A stretch of DNA of 23,505 nt from a virus. Its lineage: Duplodnaviria; Heunggongvirae; Uroviricota; Caudoviricetes. Where the stretch lies: positions 1 to 23,505 of the IMG/VR virus record IMGVR_UViG_2925939204_000004. One strand, 5' to 3'. Shown in pieces: positions 16,790 through 23,505 of this stretch. A program made the translations under genes and the position numbers. The notes under the pieces were generated by a model. It did no database searches. It was given only the letters and a program-made list of their open reading frames with translations, and was not told the DNA's origin. Within the stretch, counting starts at the first letter, position 1. Each line of letters begins with the position of its first letter.

Positions 16790-17749
16790 TTACTCCTTGT
16801 CCATTGCGTACAGCCCATTAACCAGAGCAAACTGTGGCACCCCGTCCGCGATGAAAGTCGCATTAACTCCGCAGGCTTCGCGGATAGCGGGTGCCACAAT
16901 CTCCGCCCCGCCACCGACAACCATCACCCGCCCGTAACCCGAAAAATCCGCCAGCGCGCGGATCACGCGTTGTTTCAGTGTTTCTTCCTTTTCACGAATA
17001 ACCGCCATCAGGCTGGCGTAATGCGCGTCATTGTGGATGTGCTGGCGCAGCCAGGCTTCATCATGGCGATGTTCGATAATGGTATTGGCGATGTGGTGAC
17101 TGGTGCGCATACCGTTAGTGGCCATCACCGACAGTACGGCATCGGCCATCAGAGAAACGCCTACGTGTGGATCGCAAAACACCTGGCTGATACCTGCCAG
17201 TTGCCCCTGAACCTTTGCCACATCCAGCGTGGTTCCGCCCAAATCCACAATCAGCAGGGATTCAAACGGACTCATGTCAGCCAGTGCCTTAAAGCCAGCC
17301 GGAATGGATTCAGGCATAACCCGCACGTTACGGATAGTGAATGCCTCACCGTTCTGGTACTCCACCGGGCGCATGACGTTCGCTTTTTTGCGGTTGATGT
17401 TGGCCATGTCCGGCTGTGCGTTTGTGTCGAAATATTCGCTCAGTGGCAGGGTGACAACCACATCCACCTCCTGTGGCGTGATGCCTGATTTGACCAGCGC
17501 GTGATGAATGGCAATGACATTCACATCGCTGTACTGGTATTGCGTGTCGGTCGTCTGGACAAAGCGATCGCTGACCGGATCAAAACCATAGCGCACGCCA
17601 TCAAGCATGTAGTTCGCGGGCTGCGTGCCACCGAACGGCGCAGACCATTCCGACTTGAAGCTGTTCGGGCTGATGGCGTTGCGGCGTTCGCCGTTCTCAG
17701 TCCATGCCAGCTTGATGTTGGTGGAGCCGTCATCGATACAAATTTTCAT
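16790..17749 (-). CDS. parM: ParM/StbA actin-like partition ATPase
   Basis: MKICIDDGSTNIKLAW...ISPNSFK...YQYSDVNVIAIHHAL...VMPESIPAG...LIVDLGGTTLD...VVGGGAE aligns along its length with plasmid R1 ParM from memory. Confidence 0.85.
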   Translation of the reverse strand: MKICIDDGSTNIKLAWTENGERRNAISPNSFKSEWSAPFGGTQPANYMLDGVRYGFDPVSDRFVQTTDTQYQYSDVNVIAIHHALVKSGITPQEVDVVVTLPLSEYFDTNAQPDMANINRKKANVMRPVEYQNGEAFTIRNVRVMPESIPAGFKALADMSPFESLLIVDLGGTTLDVAKVQGQLAGISQVFCDPHVGVSLMADAVLSVMATNGMRTSHHIANTIIEHRHDEAWLRQHIHNDAHYASLMAVIREKEETLKQRVIRALADFSGYGRVMVVGGGAEIVAPAIREACGVNATFIADGVPQFALVNGLYAMDKE

Positions 17750-17780
17750 GTCGCTTTTCCTTATGTTGATTAATTAATCG

Positions 17781-17892
17781 TTTACGGGATTCTGAAATCC
17801 CGTTTTTGCCTGTTTTGTGCGCGCTTCATATATCGCTGCGCGTTTTTTGCTCATTTACGGGATTCGTGAGTCCCGTTTCTGTCTGTTTTTTG
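17781..17892. repeat. Two about 39-bp imperfect direct repeats, each with an internal dyad, upstream of parM (candidate parC)
   Basis: R1 17781-17819 TTTACGGGATTCTGAAATCCCGTTTTTGCCTGTTTTGTG; R2 17854-17892 TTTACGGGATTCGTGAGTCCCGTTTCTGTCTGTTTTTTG (about 31/39 identical). R2 lies inside the last codons of gene A. Confidence 0.4.
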
Positions 17893-20651
17893 TTTCCGCT
17901 GGTCAGGCCACCCCGCAGCAGGTCTGCTTTGCGGCTGGCGCGTTCAGTGGTTTCACTGATTCTCTGTGCGTGCTCTGCGTCGCGGATGGCGCGCAGCATG
18001 TCAGAAAGCACGGTAACGGGTGTTTTCATGGTGTTCTGGTCCTGCTGAAGTGTGGATGCCAGGCGTGCGGCGGCTTCAGGGTCTGATGCCCCTAGTAGTT
18101 CCAGATAGCTGGCGACCGGGTTATGGCGGATTTCCATGCTGTTTACGCCATGATTACGGCTCAGGCGCTGCCAGAGCTGCGTGATTCGGCTGTCCGGGCG
18201 GGTATCCGGTTTGCGTACAATTTCAAATCCCTGCGGTGCAATGATGCTGCCGTCAACGTACAGACTGCCGCCCCGTAACAGGTGCTGCATCTGTTGTTCA
18301 CCGATATGCAGGCCGAGAGATTCAGCAGACTCTCGCCATTCTTTAGCGAGTAATTCGTGGTTATCAGGCAAAGGCCGCTGCTGTTTGCGGCTCTGTGTCC
18401 AGCTCTGCATTTCATCACTGCTGTTTTTTGCCTGTTTGTCACGCAGCGAACGCATCAGCGCCCGGCGTTCGTGCCGTTTCAGTGAGCGCATCCATTCATT
18501 CACTTCAACGCCGTCAGGGAGCTGCGGCCACGGTGCTGGCCGTTCTTCCGGCTGTTCTGTCCCGTTGTTGTTCGTTTCCTGTACACGGGGACAGTTATTG
18601 CCACGAGTCCAAGGGGCGGCTGGGCCGCCCTGAAGGTCAAAACCATTTTCGCGGGCGCTGTCTTCCGCTTCCGGTTTACGTCTTACCAGCTTCCAGTTAT
18701 CCGGATGCGTGCACACACGGGAGGATTCCCCGATGAGTGGTGACCAGATCCCGTAAATCTGTACGCTCTGTTCGCCGTAATCGTTCAGCTCATCTGCGAG
18801 GTCGTAGGCAGTGCGAATCAGGTAGTCTTTGCGTGGAACAAGTACGCCGCCCTGTTTTTCAATGTAGGTGGCAAAACACCCGGCATCGGCGGCAGCGAGT
18901 ACCGCATCCATTGCGTCATCCTTCAGCCGTTGCGGGCCTTCCGGGTTGCGTGCCATCTGGCTGGCAAGGCGGCGCAGTTCACGCCACACCTGACGGGAGG
19001 GGATGCCAAAGAACTGGAACTGGCGGACCCGATGAAGGCGCGCCCAGCCGATGGCGCGCTCCACGCTCTCGGCCATTGATTTTCCGGTTTCGTGGTCAAC
19101 GCGTGGTTTGCCCGTTTTCGGATCGATTCCATCCACGGCGCGGTTGTCCAGGTTTTTTCCGATGTAGGTGGCGATGTAGCTGGTTGGCGTGCCTTTGGAG
19201 CCGTCGACGTACTCCACCTTAAAGCGCGGAGTAATATCATTGCCCAGCTCGTGGCGGTCTTCCTGAATGGCAATATCGCGGGTGATGGCCACGATGCTGT
19301 CGATTTCTTCCGGATGAGCAAAGACCATCATATGCCAGTGCACGGTGCCGTCATGGTGAGGCTCCACCGTGCGGATGCCATACCAGCGCAGGCCGTCGCG
19401 GTTCAGTTTTTTGCGGACCGCCGCAAAAAAGGTGTTAACCAGGTAATCGCTGGAGTCGCGCATGGTGGCCCCGTTCCATTTGGGATTCGGATGACCGTTC
19501 TCTGTTGTGGCGTGGTATTTTGACGGGCAGGTGACAGTCAGAAACACCGCTTTGTCGCCACGGGCTTCGGCCAGAAGTTCCAGTCCCTTCATGGTGGCCA
19601 TCATTTCTGCCTTACGGTGAACCGGGTTACTTACTCCCGCGTAATACACTGTCTCGAGATCAATCGTGAAGCCGTCTTCGTTTTCCAGTTCGAAGCTCTT
19701 CAGGAAGTCGCGGGTTTTCTCGCGCTGTGCGCGAAACTCGCTTAACGCGTCCTGGCTCAGATAGGGTGATGTTTTTCTGGAAACCAGACAGGCGGCGCGG
19801 AGTTGTTCTTCTCTCCACTCACAACGTAACAGCCACAGTTTGCGTTTCCACCAGTCCGCACAGGTCAGGCGAAGGATTGCGCCCGGCAGCAGTTCCGTAT
19901 CCGGTTCGCTCTTGTTCAGGGCTTCGTAATGTGGCGGCATGATGTGCAGGCGTAATGCGATACGAGCCAGCATCCGGTAAGCCTTCAACATTACATCCAT
20001 GGTCAGCTCGCCATCTCTGGCACCAAAGCCATCGCAGAGTGTTTCGAAGGTGCTGCTGAACATCGCCGCGGTCATGGTGGCCAGCGTCTGTATCTGGTGC
20101 TTGTTGAGCTGCGGCAGGTAAAGCAAATCGTCCAGGCGTTCGCGCCCGGCAAGGGAGCGATAACCCGGTGTCAGCCAGCGTCCGTCAGTGCGATCCAGAC
20201 GTTCGAATATTTTGCGCAGGGTTCCGCGTGCATAGCGTTCCGCCTGCCAGCTCTTTTTGCCTTTCTGGCGATCGGCTTCCTGTTTTTTGCGCAGGAAAGA
20301 GAGGTGGCGGCTCAGTGGTTCACGCAGATAAACAGGTAGTGCCTTTAGTGTGGCAAAGGCACGGGCTACCGGGTCTTGTTCTGTTGCCCGGCGCTTACTG
20401 ATGATGCTCTGTGCCAGCTTTTCACGCTGTCCGGCTTCCTCAAGGGATGCCATGAGTTTTTTACCCATGGAGGATTGTGCGAAAAAGGCTTCTTCCTTCG
20501 CTTCCTGTTCTTCCTGTGCCCTTTTGTCCGCCTCAAGGTAGTAACGGATGGCGCGTTGCAGGTCGGTTTCAGTTTCCTGCCTGCGCTCCGTAAATCTGGC
20601 CGGATCAATGGCTGGCCGTGGTTCATTCCAGCTCCATGCAAACTCACTCAT
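17826..20651 (-). CDS. A: Rolling-circle replication initiator (P2 gpA family)
   Basis: HUH motif (VHWHMMVF) and catalytic Tyr region (TPTSYIATYIGKN). Start taken at the ATG overlapping the upstream stop (ATGA at 20648-20651). At 941 aa it is longer than P2 gpA. Confidence 0.85.
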   Translation of the reverse strand: MSEFAWSWNEPRPAIDPARFTERRQETETDLQRAIRYYLEADKRAQEEQEAKEEAFFAQSSMGKKLMASLEEAGQREKLAQSIISKRRATEQDPVARAFATLKALPVYLREPLSRHLSFLRKKQEADRQKGKKSWQAERYARGTLRKIFERLDRTDGRWLTPGYRSLAGRERLDDLLYLPQLNKHQIQTLATMTAAMFSSTFETLCDGFGARDGELTMDVMLKAYRMLARIALRLHIMPPHYEALNKSEPDTELLPGAILRLTCADWWKRKLWLLRCEWREEQLRAACLVSRKTSPYLSQDALSEFRAQREKTRDFLKSFELENEDGFTIDLETVYYAGVSNPVHRKAEMMATMKGLELLAEARGDKAVFLTVTCPSKYHATTENGHPNPKWNGATMRDSSDYLVNTFFAAVRKKLNRDGLRWYGIRTVEPHHDGTVHWHMMVFAHPEEIDSIVAITRDIAIQEDRHELGNDITPRFKVEYVDGSKGTPTSYIATYIGKNLDNRAVDGIDPKTGKPRVDHETGKSMAESVERAIGWARLHRVRQFQFFGIPSRQVWRELRRLASQMARNPEGPQRLKDDAMDAVLAAADAGCFATYIEKQGGVLVPRKDYLIRTAYDLADELNDYGEQSVQIYGIWSPLIGESSRVCTHPDNWKLVRRKPEAEDSARENGFDLQGGPAAPWTRGNNCPRVQETNNNGTEQPEERPAPWPQLPDGVEVNEWMRSLKRHERRALMRSLRDKQAKNSSDEMQSWTQSRKQQRPLPDNHELLAKEWRESAESLGLHIGEQQMQHLLRGGSLYVDGSIIAPQGFEIVRKPDTRPDSRITQLWQRLSRNHGVNSMEIRHNPVASYLELLGASDPEAAARLASTLQQDQNTMKTPVTVLSDMLRAIRDAEHAQRISETTERASRKADLLRGGLTSGNKKQTETGLTNPVNEQKTRSDI

Positions 20652-21037
20652 GGCTGGTATCCCGTCACGCGCTGCCACTCCTGCGAGAAGATGGCGGAAA
20701 GGCGGTTAAATTCAGCGGTGTATTCACTCAGCGAGGCACACCCGCCAGCAGTGCGATGCGCCAGCATTGCCGCAAATACGGAGGCCGGGGAGTCGTAATA
20801 CGCCAGCAGTGATTCGCCGTGTGGTGTCAGGCAGTGCAACGCCAGCCCGTGTGGTGTGAAATCCACGCGGTAGCAGTCGTCTACTGTGAAATAAAGGGTG
20901 TCCGCATTCTCCGGTTTTGTGGTGCGTGCTCTGTTGTCACGACCACGGATGTAGAGATCAAATAATCCCTGAAGAATGGGAGCCAGACGGGTGTCCTGTG
21001 TGCGCACCCATCTTGTGAAGTCATGAGCGTCAATCAT
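20648..21037 (-). CDS. Hypothetical early-operon protein (129 aa), translationally coupled to A
   Basis: ORF with ATGA stop/start overlap with A. Occupies the position of P2 B/orf80-83 but I do not recognise the family. Confidence 0.45.
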   Translation of the reverse strand: MIDAHDFTRWVRTQDTRLAPILQGLFDLYIRGRDNRARTTKPENADTLYFTVDDCYRVDFTPHGLALHCLTPHGESLLAYYDSPASVFAAMLAHRTAGGCASLSEYTAEFNRLSAIFSQEWQRVTGYQP

Positions 21038-21117
21038 GCTGCAATTCTCTCTACTAAGGATGTGCGAAGGCTTCCTGCCAAAAAACTCAGAAGCGGTCGG
21101 TTACAGAAATTGGCGTT

Positions 21118-21276
21118 CTACGAGTAGTTATTGCTGGCTTGAGGTTCATTTCTGTTTAATTCCGTGCATGCTGTAGAAGAAATCAAAAGTGTTAATCCAT
21201 GCTCATCGCGGTATGGGTAGAACGCCGCCAAACGCTCAAAATCCGCTTGCTCGTATGTGTTCAAGAGCTTTGTCAT
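21118..21276 (-). CDS. Small ORF (52 aa) in the cox position; uncertain
   Basis: ATG 21274-21276 to TAG 21118-21120, first ORF divergent from C. Weak SD and no resemblance to Cox. Confidence 0.2.
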   Translation of the reverse strand: MTKLLNTYEQADFERLAAFYPYRDEHGLTLLISSTACTELNRNEPQASNNYS

Positions 21277-21282
21277 GATGTG

Positions 21283-21357
21283 ATAACCTGTTCAGTCTGT
21301 GGTTATTTGTTGCTAAAAGTCGTCTCTAGGCGACTTTTAGGGTTAATTTAGTCGTCT
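21283..21357. promoter_or_regulatory. Candidate immunity switch: divergent promoter region with dyads and direct repeats
   Basis: AAAAGTCG-N8-CGACTTTT perfect dyad (21315-21338); AGTCGTCT repeated 32 bp apart (21318, 21350); GATAACC-N12-GGTTAT dyad (21283-21308). All lie immediately upstream of C. Confidence 0.4.
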
Positions 21358-21367
21358 GGAGACCACC

Positions 21368-21679
21368 ATGTCAAGTGGGTACGAAAAAAAACTGAAAGAG
21401 ATACGGAAAAGTGAAGGGTTAACTCAAGCTGAGTTTGCAGATGTTACTGGGATAAATCTCGGAACTATAAAGAATTATGAGAGCGGTAAAAGAGAGGTTG
21501 GTTTAAGCGTTGTTGATCGCGTAATTAATTCTAAGGATTTCGAAAAATACACTATATGGCTTATGACGGGAAAAACAAATGAGGCTGCTGGGCAGATCAG
21601 TCCCTCTCTCTCCCCTGATGGGCCAGAAAACACATCGTCTTCTCAAAAATCCCGCAAGACTGGTACACAGCCCGGCTAA
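21368..21679 (+). CDS. C: Immunity repressor (P2 C-like, HTH)
   Basis: Translation has LTQAEFADVTGINLGTIKNYESG, TIWLMTGK and GQISPSL, resembling P2 C. GGAGA SD upstream. Confidence 0.8.
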   Translation: MSSGYEKKLKEIRKSEGLTQAEFADVTGINLGTIKNYESGKREVGLSVVDRVINSKDFEKYTIWLMTGKTNEAAGQISPSLSPDGPENTSSSQKSRKTGTQPG

Positions 21680-21728
21680 TCATGGAACGCTGGGGGCATG
21701 GTGGTCTTGTAACGCTGGGGTTTCACGA

Positions 21729-22706
21729 ATGAGCATAAAATCAATTCCGGGAGGGTATCTTCTTGACATGCGCCCTGAGGGGCGTAAAGGCAAACGCATT
21801 CGCAAAAAATTTAAAACGAAATCGGATGCAGTTTTATATGAGCGGTGGGTGCTGGCGCAACAGCATAACAATGAGTGGAAAGGAAACTCCATTGATCGCC
21901 GTCCGCTGTCGGTGCTTATTGACTTGTGGTGGAAATACCACGGCCAGCTAATGAAGTCAGGGCATAACACGCGCCTTAAATTGCTGCGCTTGAGTGAGGC
22001 AATGGATGACCCGTGTGTGCATAAACTTAATACAACGATGCTCACCGAGCTACGTGTGTCCAGGATAGAGCAGGGGATACAGCCCAGCACCATTAATCGA
22101 GAGATTGGGGCGTTAAGCGCGATGTTTACCGCACTCATCTCATCCGGCCATTTTCTTAACGATAACCCCGTTCAAGGCCTTAAAGGAATGAAGGTTAACG
22201 AGCGCGAAATGGGATATCTGAGTAAGTCTGAATGTGTTCAGTTGCTGGATGCACTGGCTGAAAATCCCGATGAACGGCTGGCTGTCGAAATCCTTCTGTC
22301 GACCGGGGCGCGATGGGGCGAGGTAGCGGCACTGGAGCAGCGCCGTGTTCTTCATTGTCGAATCACTTTTTCAAAAACGAAGAACAGCAAAAACCGTACC
22401 GTTCCTATTTCTGAAAGCCTGTTTGAAAAGATCAAAAAACGGGGCGGGAAACTGGTGTTTCCGACGCTGGATTATCCATTGGTTCGCGATGTCATCAAAA
22501 CGGTCGCACCTGATGTTCCTGACGGCCAGGCTGTTCATGCGCTGCGCCACACCTTCGCCAGTCATTTCATGATGAACGGCGGCAATATTCTGACGCTCCA
22601 GAAAATTCTGGGGCACGCAAAGATTCAGACAACGATGATTTATGCCCATCTTGCGCCGGATTACCTGCAGGATGCGGTGAGGTTTAATCCACTAGGAGGT
22701 GCTTAA
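21729..22706 (+). CDS. int: Tyrosine integrase (P2 Int family)
   Basis: Starts MSIKSIPGGYLLDMRPEGRKGKRIRKKF; C-terminal catalytic region LSTGARWGE...HALRHTFASHFMMNGGNILTLQKILGHAKIQTTMIYAHLAP with the catalytic Tyr. Confidence 0.9.
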   Translation: MSIKSIPGGYLLDMRPEGRKGKRIRKKFKTKSDAVLYERWVLAQQHNNEWKGNSIDRRPLSVLIDLWWKYHGQLMKSGHNTRLKLLRLSEAMDDPCVHKLNTTMLTELRVSRIEQGIQPSTINREIGALSAMFTALISSGHFLNDNPVQGLKGMKVNEREMGYLSKSECVQLLDALAENPDERLAVEILLSTGARWGEVAALEQRRVLHCRITFSKTKNSKNRTVPISESLFEKIKKRGGKLVFPTLDYPLVRDVIKTVAPDVPDGQAVHALRHTFASHFMMNGGNILTLQKILGHAKIQTTMIYAHLAPDYLQDAVRFNPLGGA

Positions 22707-22708
22707 GA

Positions 22709-23071
22709 GTGAAGTTTCATTTAGATGAACTTAAAAGAATGGCAACGCTCGATAATTTTGCGCGTTTTCTCAATGAGTCGTCTACGAATGAAAAATGTTT
22801 GTCGTGTGGCGATACGGATATGTACATGTATTTGACGAATATTGTTGAGGTGGGGCCTGAGCCGAAAACTGCTGAGGAGTGTGATTTAGGCACTTTTGTT
22901 ATGCTTGATTACATCGGTCCATTTACTGGGTATCCGGGATATGAGGGACATGATCGGGAAAATATCCATAACTATGAATTCCGACTTACCTGTAACAGAT
23001 GTGGGTTTGTTCATCGTTACTCGGCCCGGGCCTTTATGAACTGGGTAGGCAAGCAGGGCGATGACAAATGA
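22709..23071 (+). CDS. Hypothetical protein with two CxxC pairs (zinc-ribbon-like), coupled to int
   Basis: GTG start 2 nt after the int stop, with AGGAGG 9 nt upstream inside the int 3' end. CLSCGD ... CNRCGF. AT-rich. Confidence 0.5.
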   Translation: MKFHLDELKRMATLDNFARFLNESSTNEKCLSCGDTDMYMYLTNIVEVGPEPKTAEECDLGTFVMLDYIGPFTGYPGYEGHDRENIHNYEFRLTCNRCGFVHRYSARAFMNWVGKQGDDK

Positions 23072-23505
23072 TGCCGGACAGTGCTTCTATTTTACCGTTC
23101 AGAAAAAAGAAAGAGAATGCCTATAATGTATCCAACAACCAAGTAACAGGAAGTGGTAATGATGGAGGTGATGGCATGAATGACGACCTTGAACGGCGGG
23201 TCAGTTGCCTGGAAAGTGATGTGACTGAAATCAAAAACAACCTGATTACTCTCACCACAAGAAGCGAATCCTTTGCTACCAAATCTGATGTACTGGAGAT
23301 TCGCGAAGGGTTGAGGCTTGAGATGGCAGAATCGCGCCAATCCCTGAAGTCTGAGATGGCTGATTTACGCCAGTCTCTGAAAGTTGAGATGGCTGAGCAT
23401 CGTACTGAACTTCAGAAATCATTTGCAAATCAGACTTGGTTACTCACAGGTATTGTCCTGTCTGCGATGGCCGTGCTTGTGGCTGTGGTTACTGTTATTA
23501 AGTAA
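23068..23505 (+). CDS. Hypothetical coiled-coil protein with C-terminal transmembrane anchor
   Basis: ATGA overlap with the upstream ORF. Repeated LR.SLK.EMAE heptad-like units, then WLLTGIVLSAMAVLVAVVTVIK at the C-terminus. Ends at the window edge. Confidence 0.5.
   Translation: MMPDSASILPFRKKKENAYNVSNNQVTGSGNDGGDGMNDDLERRVSCLESDVTEIKNNLITLTTRSESFATKSDVLEIREGLRLEMAESRQSLKSEMADLRQSLKVEMAEHRTELQKSFANQTWLLTGIVLSAMAVLVAVVTVIK

Larger units (their letters stand above)
332..22706. mobile_element. Degraded P2-like prophage (ogr ... C-int); boundaries approximate, att sites not identified
   Basis: Gene content and order match P2 apart from the deletions and the inversion described above. Confidence 0.8.

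Noticed and set aside
16970-17504. 172-aa and 91-aa plus-strand ORFs antisense to parM
   Set aside because: They overlap ParM, which has a strong remembered match to R1 ParM, and show no independent signals.
18181-19523. Plus-strand ORFs of 113-161 aa antisense to gene A (18181-18633, 18395-18736, 18737-19222, 19092-19523)
   Set aside because: Arg/Cys-rich low-complexity translations overlapping the conserved replication gene; no ribosome-binding sites.
21579-21728. Upstream 50-codon extension of the integrase ORF overlapping C
   Set aside because: Integrase similarity begins at MSIKSIPGGY; the extension overlaps the end of C in another frame.

Overview
The window is almost entirely a degraded P2-like (Peduovirus-type) prophage of about 22 kb, read here from its ogr end (left) to its C-int end (right). 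All calls rest on reading the translated ORFs against remembered family sequences; no database search was run. Recognisable P2 genes are ogr, D, FI, FII, E/E' (with the T6G frameshift site), T, U, a tail fibre assembly gene, O, A, C and int. The element looks non-inducible: the major capsid gene N is fused in frame to tail gene I, removing the intervening head, lysis and baseplate genes; the terminase gene P is absent; the portal gene Q and the tail fibre gene H are truncated. The FI-FII-E-T-U block is inverted relative to every other late gene. AT-rich cargo sits in the slots where P2-like phages carry accessory genes. The strongest candidate for a new system is a translationally coupled pair in the tin/old-equivalent slot: an XRE-HTH/ImmA-IrrE metallopeptidase fusion followed by a PIN-like nuclease. 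Other cargo includes a ParM/ParR partition locus with upstream repeats, a GT9-like glycosyltransferase after the tail fibre genes, a membrane protein between D and ogr, a Hok-family toxin at the left edge, and two small genes coupled to the 3' end of int. Attachment sites and an exact cos site were not found.
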